64,000 bases of DNA from NCBI RefSeq assembly GCF_009914755.1, contig NC_060927.1. One strand, written 5' to 3'. The notes beneath the pieces are model-generated. The model saw only the letters and a program-made list of their open reading frames with translations. It did not search any database and was not told where the DNA came from. Positions 27,843-40,095 of the stretch are shown here, one piece after another. How positions within the stretch are numbered: position 1 is the first letter of the stretch; every line of letters starts with the position of its first letter. This stretch comes from the human T2T-CHM13v2.0 reference genome, Homo sapiens. The translations under genes were made by a program, and so were the position numbers.

Positions 27843-30169
27843 TAGGAACAGCCTAGACAAGATGCAGGCCAGTTACTGTGCTCTTTTCTAAGAGGCTTCA
27901 GCATGATGTCAGAGCCACAGCCCCCTGTTGGAGGCTTATTGTACATAAGTGACCATATATTGCAGCGTGTGGCCCTACTACCCTAGCCACAACTGACAAG
28001 GCCAGAGAAATAAGCCTGGTCTAAAAGTCTGCCAATGTCTCCTAGCCTATAGAGTGAGTGACCCAGTACGACAACCCAATAAGAGAAGGCTATACTGGAG
28101 GGTAACTTCTTGACCCAACCACATCTTCTCTCCTTGGGAGCTCCAATCTGAGTCATACTTGCATTTGAGAGGAATGCTGAAGCAGTGTTCCATCCATATC
28201 CAAGATCCTCAGATTACACACACATTTGTGTGTACCCTTCCCTGGATCTTTTCCTCCCAATGACCAGAAAGCTGGAAGTGCCTAGAAGCTCATGCATCTT
28301 CTCAATTAGTCAATGACTGAGAGGTGTCAGTCTGGGATGAGACTAAAGGACTCTCCATGGTCTTTGCCTGAGATTGCATCGTTGCTTGGCTTCTTAACCT
28401 TCTCCTTCCCCTACTGATATTTCCTGAGAGCAATTAATAACTCACCTTAACAAATCACACAAAAGTTCTGGCTCTGCTTCTGAAGAAACTTATATAAGAC
28501 AGATGCACGAAGATTTCATGAGAAGCAGAGAGATATTCAAGAGGAGGCAATCAGTAAGTGACCCAAATATAACTGTTCAACTCCAGGATGGCTTAAGCCA
28601 ATGAATGTTTCTTATTCTCTTGGCAGAATAAGAGCAGTAGGAGCCAGAGGGAAGTCTATGTTAAGAGCCTAGGAGAACACTAGTGAGTGAGTTAGGGGGA
28701 GGAGAGGCAGTCACAAAGGAAACCAAGGCAGAACAGTGGAGAAAGCGTCTGGACAGGGTGTGGGGTAGGGAGCTGCTGAGTACAGGAAAGATGACAGGTC
28801 ATGCTGCTGGCTTAGTAGAGTTTTGTTGAGCCACCAGAACCACTGTATGACATAACTTCCTGTTTTCTATGATGTATGGCTCTACAGCTGCAATGATATC
28901 TGTCTGTTACTCCTCTGTGTATCCTTTTTAATAAACTCCATTACCCAGTGACCCAAATATAACTCTGTTCTTTGAAAACTCAAAGGGCCTAAGAAACCCA
29001 CACTGTCAGAAGTAGAAATAACACCCCAATCATATGCTTGTACAATGTTTTAGATGTTTAGATTATATATTAAGTAGGTCCGTTCAGCTCCTTTTAATTT
29101 CGTTTTTATTATTAAAATTATAATGTGTTTTCTATGTTATAACATCTAGCTAATGCAAACTCCATTCTTTATTGTGTCACTAATTTAATAACCAACAAAA
29201 TCCCTTCTAATTCCTTAGTAAATGAATTTGTTCTGTGTAATTATTAAGTGGAATACATTTCTTCAGTATAAAATTTATTGTACCTAAATTTAAAATTAAA
29301 CATTTGACATATCAACAATTTACAACAATAACAAGTAGAGGGATTTTCTTAAATGTATAATTCTGAAGCTCAACATATTAAGTTCTCTTGTTAAGCCAGA
29401 GAGAGTCCCTATTTCAAATTTTCTGTTTTCTTGACGCCTATAGGTTGAAATCTTTGTTTTATAGGCTTCTGCTTGGAACTTCACTGACTCATTTTATGGT
29501 CGACCACATAAGAACATAGCTTAATAAATTCTCTTAAAAATAAAGTGCAGATATTGATTCTGTGATTGCTTGGATTAAATTTTTAAAAATACGAACACAA
29601 ATCTATGGGCATAGGTGATGGTATTGCATCTGAAGCACCGTAATTGCAGTTAAACTGCATTGAAAGAAAACATTTGCTGAAGTAACCTATTTATTCATCT
29701 ACTTCTATAAAGCTCTCAGGAAACAGCGGACCGTTTAGTTATACATCAGGAAGGCACACAAATTAACGACACTAAAACTAAATAAAACAATTCCCTTTCC
29801 ATCAGGGGAGGTGTTTGCTAACAATTACTTTACCTAAAAAAAATTCTATCTGAATTTCTTAACACATCATAAAAAATCGCTTCATTGCTTCAAAGATACT
29901 TTCAGGAAGTACATGATCTAGAATAGATAATCTAGGGGATATGATAAATTGAACAGTAGAAGAGTTTTTGTTTTTCAAGAACAGATTTGCATTAATTTAA
30001 TGCAGACGACCTCATTTTCTGAGCAACTAGCAAATAAAACTATACATGTTAATGGTTTCCATAACATAGGAGCATACTATTCCAATAATTGTGCTTAAGA
30101 ATATACAATCAGTAATGGCAATTCTGCCTCATTGAGGATGTGAAAAGACTGTCTTAAATGTTAAATAAG

Positions 30170-30850
30170 TACCCTTAGCCTTACTCATGAAGGAAATGCA
30201 AATTAACACTACCAGTTTGTACCTCATTTGTTGGCAAAAAGCCAAGAGTTTGTTAACACACTCAGTTGGTAAGCCCTCAGAAATGGGCTTCTCACACATT
30301 GTGGGAATGCAATTGGTACAACCCCTTACCGAGAACAACTTATCTATTGAAATTACAAATGGACATACCTATACCAAATTTTCCTTATGGTAATTCCAAT
30401 CAACACACTTGCACTTGGGCAAAATTCCTTCTGCATAAACTTATTCATTACAGCCTTATTTGTAGTAGTACAAGACCAGTAAAAGCCTAAACATCCACTA
30501 GCAGGTGATTGGTTGAATTAATTATGGTGCATCCTCTGGGATACTATGAAGCCATAAAAAGGAATGAAAAGTGCTCTATGAGCTGATAGAGAAAGATCTT
30601 GAAGATAAATATTTAGAAAAAAATTCAAGATGGGGAAAAGTATGTATAGCATGGAAAAAATGAGAAAATAAGAAAATAGCTTCACATGTGTTTGCATTTC
30701 CACAGAGAATGTTGAAAGGATACAATATAAAATAATGAAAATGATTACCTATTTGGATGAGGAGAGGGAAGGATTTGGCTGTCAGGAGACAGATCGTGAA
30801 TGTATTACCTCTGTATAGAGTTAAATAAAAACTAATAAGAAATAATAAAA
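30170..30850 (+). mobile_element. Old L1 (L1ME-like) 3' fragment
   Basis: GGAAATGCAAATTAACAC...TGGGAATGCAATTGGTACAACC...ATACTATGAAGCCATAAAAAGGAATGA. Confidence 0.72.
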
Positions 30851-30925
30851 TCAGTTCTCGAACACAGGCTGAAGAACCTTAGCTTCCAAGTTTGCATCAC
30901 TTCAAGGATAAGGAATGCTCTAGTT

Positions 30926-31141
30926 CAGGGTTTGGCAAAGTACAATCTTTGGGCCGAATCTGGTTTGCTGCCTGTTCTGGGAAATAAAGTTTTATTGGAA
31001 CACAACTATCGCATTTGTTTATGTATTGTCTATGGCTGCTTTTGCACTACAATGGCAAAGTTGAGTGGTTGAACCATATGACCCATAAAACCTAAAATAT
31101 TTACTGTTTGGATCTTTATAGAAAAACTTTGCTAGCCTCTG
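30926..31141 (+). mobile_element. MER58A hAT-Charlie MITE
   Basis: CAGGGTTTGGCAAA...TTTGCTAGCCTCTG TIRs; AATAAAGTTTTATTGGAACACA; partial 8-bp TSD ctctagtt/ctctgtat. Confidence 0.85.
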
Positions 31142-31593
31142 CTCTGTATTGATATCAGGTCTGAATCAAGTCACAAGTGAATAAGGAAAGGTGTCTACCC
31201 CCTTCCTCACTTAAAATACTTCTTCTATACCTTCTTCAATTTTTATTTTATTTTTTTCTGTGTTCTAGAGTATGTGCCTTTTTTAAAATTACATATTGAC
31301 AAATTATAGTTCCATATATATTCTTCAGATTTTATATTCTTTGGTGCTAATTCTATCTAGTATGCACACTAGATTGTAAATAACTATACTCAGGTTGCTT
31401 TCCTCTTGGTTGAAATTCTACATCCTAAATATAGTGGAGAATTATCTTTTCCTTTCTACATCCAGACTTGCTTCCTTTCTGTAACAGTGCCTCAGATTTC
31501 TTACAAGTTAGGTTTGACCCAACTTCAACTCCAGGATGCTTAAGCCAACTAGGGTTTCTTATTCTCTTCTTAAAGGCACTTGGTCAGGAATCA

Positions 31594-31920
<327 letters not shown>

Positions 31921-33069
31921 TTAGAGCCACTGGAACCTAATTTCAGGACTTTTGTTTGTGCTCTCAGGAAAACCAGGCATGCCTAAAGAAATGAAGCTGC
32001 AAACTTACAGCAATATAAAGTCAATATGGTCATGGGAGGTGGTGGTGCCAATATGACCTAAGAGAAAGTCTGCTAAAATAATTTCTGGGAAAATGTTTTT
32101 CTTAAAAAAGGAAGACATATGTGATTGGCATCTTCCTGTCTCCTAATCTTCTGCCTCAAATGCTGATGTGATGTCTGGGGCTGCAGCAGCTGTCTTACAA
32201 TAGTGAGGCAATAATCAAGAGAATGAAAACCAATATGCTAAGTGAATTGAAAGTGTATTACTAGGTTCAATCAGGAAAACAGAGATACTCTAGGTACTTC
32301 AGGAATAAAAGGTTTAATCAAGAATTATTATTTACACTAATGTTGAAAGACCATAGGGAATAAAGATAAGAGAAGTTGTTGCCTGAAGGTCAAGGTCAAG
32401 GAAGGAGACTTTGAAAACTTTAGCCTGAAGGACTGAAGCAGGGAGCTCTCAGAAGTTCTCTAGGAAACTGCTCCAACTCTCAATAATCTCCAAAAAGCTC
32501 CCCAAAATTGTCTTAGTCAATGACAATTATGTAAGTTGTTCTCACACCAGCCAAAAAGATGTGTAAATCTTACATTTGCCCATTCTTCCTTTTCTATCTG
32601 AAATCCTCTCTGTCTTTTTTGTCGACTGAGCTCCCCTCACTGACAAAATATCATGGAGTCATACAAGAAAAGAATCTGGGAAAAGTACTTCTCAGCTTCT
32701 GCTATGCAATGCAAAGGACAGCATAAAAGGGGGTGAAAATGACATCCGAGAATCCAGCAAAGAGTATAAAGACAGAAAAAGTTGAAAGCTTTGTTGAGCA
32801 ACTGACTTCATACCAGCAACCACCTTTCTCTGAATTTCACTTTATGAGAGAAAATAAACTTCTATTTGTTTAAGCCATTATCCTTTGGCCCTTTTTGAAA
32901 TCAAATGTGTGCCTCACTGTTACAATGTCCTTCTATGAAAACCATGAGATAGTGGGCATAGAAATGTGAATTTTCAAAAGTACTAAAATAGAAAATTAAT
33001 TTCCTATATATGATCTGGAATTTTAAGACTAGAGTGTTGTGTTGTTTCAATGGTAGCAAATAAAGATAA

Positions 33070-33801
<732 letters not shown>

Positions 33802-33966
33802 AACATTCTACCTATTCTTTAAGGCCAATCACTTCATGAACATGTCCTTGATGACTGCCCAGACACAAGCTCTCACTCTTCACAGTGATCATGATAGAAA
33901 ACATTCTCTGCCTCATACTGGATTTTGAGCTAGATTAGATCACAGCAATCCCCTTATCATCTACCG

Positions 33967-34160
33967 CAAAGGCCAACAAACTCTGGTCTGCAGGTGTGGT
34001 TGTGTTTACTGAAGAACAGCCATGCCTGTTCTCTTACATATTGTCCATTGCTACTTTCACACTACAACAACAGGGTTGAGTAGTAGCCTGAGACAGCATG
34101 GCCCACAAAGATGAAAATATTTACTGTGTTGCCTTTTACAAAAAAAGTTGCAGACCCCAG
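33967..34160 (+). mobile_element. MER58A-like MITE (second copy)
   Basis: CAGCCATGCCTGTTCTCTTACATATTGTCCATTGCTAC...AAAATATTTACTGTGTTGCCTTTTACAAAAAAAGTTGCAGACCCC. Confidence 0.75.
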
Positions 34161-34384
34161 TTCTATTGGATTATAAATTGGAGGTTATTATTCATTATCA
34201 GCAGCTAGGTATTGCCTAACTTTGTAAGGTGTTTTATTTGAAGCAGGCATTTTCTGGCTTAAAGAAATAAAGAAGCACTCGTATGGGCTCGGGTCATGGA
34301 GAATTATTTTAAGGCTATCCAGGGGAGTAAGTCTCATAGCCCATCTGTCATGGTTCTGAATATAGCAGTAGTACCAGTGATATT

Positions 34385-34640
34385 GTTAATAACCAACATA
34401 TATTGAATATTTCCTTTGCGCCAGGCACTGTCCTAAGTTATTTTCATGTATTGATTCATTTATTTCTTCTTATAACCCTAAGAGAAAGGTTCAGTGCTTA
34501 TCTACGCTGTAAAGATGAGGATACCAAGGAGCAGAGATGGGAAGTAGCTTGCCAAAAGCCATGTGACTCAGAAGAACTAAAGTCAAGATTTGGTACCCAG
34601 CGTGTCTGCAGAGCCTGTGCTCTAAACCACCACACAGTAC
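34385..34640 (-). mobile_element. MIR
   Basis: GCCAGGCACTGTCCTAAG...AAGATGAGGATACCAAGGAGCAGAG...GCTCTAAACCAC. Confidence 0.75.
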
Positions 34641-35039
34641 CACTTAGCAGCATACCTAGCTCAAATCTTTTTTCTCCCTCTCTGCTTCTCTCCTCTACTG
34701 GGGCTATGGACTACCAGGGAGGTTCTTTGACAGGTGCTTGTCAGAAAGGGACAATATAAGCATTGGGAATTCCCTCAGTTACCAGATATTTGCAAATGTC
34801 AATTATATTGTAGACCGTAGCAGCCCCCTAGTGTGGTGTGTCTAGTACAAGCGTACATGTCTTGTTGTTTGTGTTTCTCTAGGAAGAATGAAACCCACTC
34901 TCCGACCTGTGTCATTCCTGGGACACATCACAGGCACTTAAATCTTTTCTTGATCACTGTGGGAAAGGCTAGGGACTGCGGATCGTAATTTAGTTTTTTC
35001 TTGGTCTGATTTGGTCCTGTCTGTGCTTTTGAAACCAGA

Positions 35040-37050
35040 CTTTTAGAAAGGGTGGTATACATTCTCTGCCTCCACATCCCTTGCCACTGATCCCTTCTCA
35101 CCTGCTGCCATCTGGTTTCTGCCCCTATGACTCCACTAAAATTGACCTTGCTAAAGTAATTGGTGAACTCCTGGTTGCCAAAAGAAAGGTACACTTTTCA
35201 GCTGTGTCACACTCCATTTCTCTGTACCTTGTGCTGCTTCTGACTTCACTTTATTTCCCTTTCTTCACTGCTGGGACATTGCTCTATCTTGGGCTCCCTG
35301 TAGGCACATCTAAATTTGGAAAGTCCTTAGGGCTCTATCCTCAACCCTTGTCTCCTTGTCTATAGCCTTGATTCCAGCAAAATTTCACCCGTAGCCATGG
35401 AGTCCCAAGCCTTTATCCCAGAAAACCCTTCCTCCTGAACATCACATCTCTTTAAGTGTCTGTTATCCAGCTCCTCTTGGATGTCCTACAGGGACTTAAA
35501 ACATTACATCTCCAAAGCTGATTTGATCATCTCCCCTCCAAATCTGCTGCTTGTCCTTTGCTCCCTATTTCTGAGACATCACTTTCCATCCAAATAACTA
35601 AACCAGAAACTCCAGATTTGTCCTAAACCCTACTTTTATTTTACCCCAATCACCAATTTCTGGACTCTACCCTCTTGATACCTCTCCTATCAGTCCTCTC
35701 CTCTCTGAGCCCTACTGTCCCAGTTTTGGTACCTAATTCTCTTGCCTAAATTTCTGTAAATGCTTCCTTATTGGTTTCTCTGCTTCCACTCTCACCCTTT
35801 CCAGTACATCTTTCATACTACTGTCAATTTTTTTCTTCCATCAACCAAGTCTGATCATGTTATTGTTGTTCAAAATGTTTCAATGAATCCCAGCTGCTTA
35901 CAGAATAATAAACTCCTTTACCAGGCAGACAAGTCCTTGATAATCTGGTTCTTATCCCTCTTTCAGTCTCATCTCCCAATGCACCTTCATTAATATTAAA
36001 CTTTGTGTATTAATTTGAAGGACTTCCTCGTTCCTTCTTGGAATCCCCCATCCCTCTTCCTGGTGTGTCTTGTGAACTTCTGCTCACCCCTCAAGTTTCA
36101 ACTCAAATACTCCCTTCCCCTGGAAGCTGGGCCTCTGATGTCACACCACTCTGCTCATCATGTTGCACCCATAGTGTTTGATTGACTCCTGAGATATTTG
36201 AACTCAGGAGGATGTTACAAGCACCTAGCAGGATTAGAACCTCAAGTGCAAAGGGGCAAACACATTCAAGCTTCATCACAAACTGTAAACAATTTTTCCA
36301 AGTTGATAGGCTAGAAATTGTGAATTCACAATGCTGCAATTTATTTTTATGGGTTCTCTAGTGGTTCCACAATAGCATATTCCTCACAAAAGTAATCTCT
36401 GAATTCTCAGGTAGAGCTTTTACTGGTCTCCTCTCCAAAATGCTTTTCACATTGCAGCCTTGGTAATCTTTTCAAAACACACATCTGATCAACTCTCTCC
36501 CTCTATCTCAAATACACTACATGCTGCTTAAAACCCTTTATGGCTTCTCAATATTCTGAAGTTAACATGAAGCAAAAAACACCTCTTAAAAGGACCTACA
36601 CTACCCGGCCATTCCTTTGACTCCTACTGCACCTTGTCCCACTGTCTGCATTGCAGCCACTTTTCTGGGTTACTCGTATGCCTCCCCTGCCCCACTGCAG
36701 TGCCTTTGCACGTGCTTCTCTATGTAACGCGTTCCATTCTCCTTCTCCTCGTCCGTTCATCATCACTTCCAGTGCTGCTTCCTCAGGGTAATGTTTCTCA
36801 TCCTTCTGGTGTAGATCAAATTCCCCATGTGCCTGTCCTCCACAGTGTTTGTCACCCTGCATTTTGGTCCTGAACCATCTGATGATTTGGTTAATACCTC
36901 CCTTCCTAGGGCTGGCTGGTGAACTCTCTGAGAGTAGGAGCCCTGTCTTTCCTGTTCCTAGCTGAATCCCCATGCATCCCAGTTCACTCACAGTGGTCGG
37001 CATAAAGGAGTTCAATATATACTTGCTGAATGAATGAGTGAATAAATGAA
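35040..37050 (+). mobile_element. Fragmented LINE-2 sequence (likely two pieces) ending in an L2 3' tail
   Basis: C/T-rich L2-like sequence (CATCTGGTTTCTGCCCC...ACTCCACTAAAATTGA; GCCTTTGCACGTGCT) and terminal CTTGCTGAATGAATGAGTGAATAAATGAA. Confidence 0.72.
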
Positions 37051-38559
37051 GGTCAAAAATCAAGGGGTTTTCGTAGGGCTTTTCACCTTTACCACTACCC
37101 TGTATTTGCACGTTCCTTAACAATTTCCTAAAATGCTTTCAGATAAGCTTTTTTAATATTAACAACTGACTTTAAGAGCAGAAAGGGCAACCCATGCAGG
37201 TGACTTGTCCAATGCTACATGACTAGTAAGCAACAATTTGGGACTATTTCACTTTGTCACTTTTCAGATCAGGCCTATGGCCATTAAACAGCCAAAACAG
37301 GAAGCAAAAGAAGATAACGTAGAACTTACTAGGGAATAGATACACAAAGACAATAAAATAGAAATATCCAAACAAATTAAAATAAAAACACAAATTTTAT
37401 TTTAGACTGATAAAACTTTGGTTCAGGGAACACAGACAAAAATCCTCTGCTGTCATTTCAGCATGTACCGTTTGGGCTATGAGGAAAAGCATGTCATCTT
37501 TCTCTGTATAACAGAGGCAGTTAATATTTTATCCTAATTCTCATTAAAATGTGTACGTTCAATAAATGTCGGCTATTAAACTGTTGGTGAGAAAGTCTAT
37601 TTCTGGAAACCTTTTCATTATTTCCTTAATAAGACTATTTATGGTTTTTTTAAGGAAACAAGACAAAACGTAACCACTTAGCAGGTTAAAAGGGTAGCTG
37701 GAGTTGCCTTACTTTCAAGGAGCTACCTCAAAATAACTAGGGTTCATTTATCTAATATTTTAAGACTTCTATTAATATTGAAACACAATTTGTAGTTAAA
37801 GAGAAAAATTTAAATCACCTAAGAAAATAATTCAGGGCCTTTATAGTTTTACATTAATATGCCCTTTAATATCCAGATGTTACTTACCTAATAAAATGTA
37901 CAATTAGCTGTGAATTGACATGAACAAGTATTTACTGAGCACCGATTACGCCGAAAGCTCCGTACTTTCTATGGGGTTTATATAAGAGCAATTCGAGTCT
38001 CCCCACTACCTCACTTAGTTTAAGCTCATTTTGCCCTGAGTTTATCTGGTAGCACTTTATTTTAGCGGACAAGGAGGGAAGTGGGGAAAGGAAAGGAATT
38101 ATAAAAATACAAGGTAGACGTGCACAAGAACCTTCGTTCTATTATTATTTAGTAAAGTGAGAACTGGAAACAGCTTAACGTCCAGGGTAAGTTAGTTTCA
38201 CTCACTCGACGGAATGTATGCAGCCGTTAATGTATTTCTGCATTTTCCCATATTTCCAGTGAACATACAGTACTTTCGCAATTCGGAGTACAAACGAAAA
38301 AGGGCGAGAGAAGGTCGCATTTTGCCTGCCGGAGCTAGGGGCGCGCTTGCCGGTTCCAACGAGTTTTCGGTGTCGGAAAACTTGTCTTTGCTCACATTCT
38401 CGGATTCCCGCGGCCGCAGAAGCCGGAGGCGGGACGTGAAGGGCAATGAGCAAGGTAGGCTGTGTCACTGCCGCCGCGGGCTCACTCGCAGCGCCAGCCG
38501 AGGAGCGCCACGGGCTGCTGAACCCCTCGGCCCGACCCACGCGCCGAGGGCTAGGATAA

Positions 38560-38583
38560 TGCGCCTGCGCGGCCGTCACGTGG
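38560..38583. promoter_or_regulatory. Adjacent NRF1-type motif (TGCGCCTGCGC) and E-box (GTCACGTGG)
   Basis: 38560-38570 reads GCGCAGGCGCA on the minus strand. 38575-38583 GTCACGTGG fits USF/MiT-TFE/MYC-type E-boxes. Confidence 0.6.
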
Positions 38584-39461
38584 TGAGGGCTCCGCGCAAA
38601 GCGGGTTAAAAGTCACGACCGCGGAGAGCCCGCGAGCGTCCTGCTGGTCGGTGCGGCGCTTTCCGCGTCCTTTAAGACGAGTTTGACCGAGGCCGCTCCG
38701 CAGTTCCCGCCCCTCGGCCCAGCTCAGCTCCATGAACCTAGCGGAGCCGCCTAGTACCCTTTCTCGCCGACCGCACAGGCGCGCGAAACCGCGTCTTTCA
38801 ACTGACAATGAAGCCGTAGCCGCGCAGCTCGGCCACTCCGGGCGAATCGGCGCGAGGCCGGGATGGTGGGGGGGAGGGGGAGACGGTTGGGTCAAGCTCC
38901 GCCCCAGCTCGCGCCCCTATTGGTGGGCGCAGCGGTTCTGGGCCCGCCCCCTAACGGACCTGTCGCTTTGTGACAGGCGGAGGGGCCAGTTCCTGTCGGG
39001 CCGGAGGCGGAGTCAGAGGTTGCTTGAGCTCCGCCCGGACTCCAGGGGGCTCCTCCCCCTGCTCCTTTCGGCTGGGCGGGCGGCGGGCTAGAGAGGGAAT
39101 GTCATTGCTTCTCAGAGCCGTGGTGCCGCCTCCGTCTGCTGCTTCTTTCCTGGCGCCCTCGTCCCGTCGGCTTTCGCCGCCGCCGCCGCAGCTGCACTGG
39201 GGATACGGATGGCTAGTGGGGCGCCGGGGCCATCTGGGTTGAGAGAGCGGCGATTGCGGCCGCTGCTGAGGCGGAGACTCCCCGCCGCCGCTTCCTCCAC
39301 CCCCAGTCCGCCGGCCTCGCGGCGCTGAGGGCGGGAGCGCGCAGAGCTCTTCCCTCCTCCTTTTTCTTCCTCCTCCTCCTCCTCCTCCGGGTCCCCGCCC
39401 AGCACCCCTCGCACCAGGCGGCGGCGGCGGAGGAGGAGAGCTAGACCCGCCGCCGGGGCAC

Positions 39462-39471
39462 AACATGGCGG
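39462..39471 (+). promoter_or_regulatory. YY1-type motif overlapping the start codon
   Basis: AACATGGCGG matches the AANATGGCGG YY1 consensus, which commonly coincides with Kozak sequences. Confidence 0.5.
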
Positions 39472-39778
39472 AGCCCTCGGCCCCGGAGAGCAAGCACAAG
39501 TCGTCCCTCAACTCGTCCCCGTGGAGTGGCCTCATGGCCCTGGGAAACAGCCGGCACGGCCACCACGGGCCCGGGGCCCAGTGCGCGCACAAGGCGGCGG
39601 GCGGCGCGGCGCCGCCGAAGCCGGCCCCGGCGGGGCTGTCCGGGGGGCTGTCGCAGCCGGCTGGGTGGCAGTCGCTTCTCTCCTTCACCATCCTCTTCCT
39701 GGCCTGGCTTGCCGGCTTCAGCTCGCGCCTCTTCGCCGTCATCCGCTTCGAAAGCATCATCCACGAGTTCGACCCGTG
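39465..39778 (+). CDS. STT3B: STT3B coding exon 1 (dolichyl-diphosphooligosaccharide--protein glycosyltransferase catalytic subunit STT3B); 314 nt, phase-2 intron follows
   Basis: Translation MAEPSAPESKHKSSLNSSPWSGLMALGNSRHGHHGPGAQCAHK...LLSFTILFLAWLAGFSSRLFAVIRFESIIHEFDPW matches the STT3B N-terminus: long cytosolic tail, TM1, and the family motif SRLFAVIRFESIIHEFDPW. Strong Kozak context CAACATGG. Donor TG|GTAAGT at 39778/39779 splits the Trp105 codon. Confidence 0.97.
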
Positions 39779-40038
39779 GTAAGTGCCTCGCCGCCCCTCC
39801 CCCGCCCGTGGCCCGCGGGGAACCGGGACCCGCTCCTCCGCCCGCCGCAGCTCTCCTCGACTTGGCCCCGCGCCGCCGCGGAGCCCCGCTCGCGTCCTGG
39901 CTGAGGCCGGCGCGGATCCCGGAGCTCCGGGCGCGCCCCCTGCCCGTGGGCGAAGTTTGCCCCGTGCAGCCTGAGGCGGGGCGTCGGGGTCCAGGAGCGA
40001 AACCTTGATTCTCGGCCGGGCTAGTGTGAAGACTGCCA

Positions 40039-40095
40039 GGAGTGTGGATGCAGCCGCCGGGAGTGTGGGTGCAGCCGCCGGGAGTGTGGGTGCAG
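40039..40095 (+). repeat. 21-bp minisatellite, about 2.7 copies
   Basis: GGAGTGTGG(A/G)TGCAGCCGCCG x2 plus GGAGTGTGGGTGCAG. Confidence 0.92.

Noticed and set aside
36596-37123. 175-aa minus-strand ORF
   Set aside because: Antisense to a decayed LINE-2 3' end, non-ATG start, no recognisable domain.
38905-38930. ERSE or ERSE-II around the reverse CCAAT box
   Set aside because: Neither CGTGG-N9-ATTGG nor ATTGG-N-CCACG is present; GGACGTGA near 38432 is only a partial UPRE match.
39270-39464. N-terminal extension of STT3B (frame open for 65 codons upstream of the ATG)
   Set aside because: No in-frame ATG, CTG, GTG, TTG or ACG in that stretch, and the ATG has a strong Kozak context.
39465-39782. 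105-aa ORF as a complete standalone gene
   Set aside because: The TAA belongs to the splice donor (TG|GTAAGT); this is exon 1 of multi-exon STT3B.
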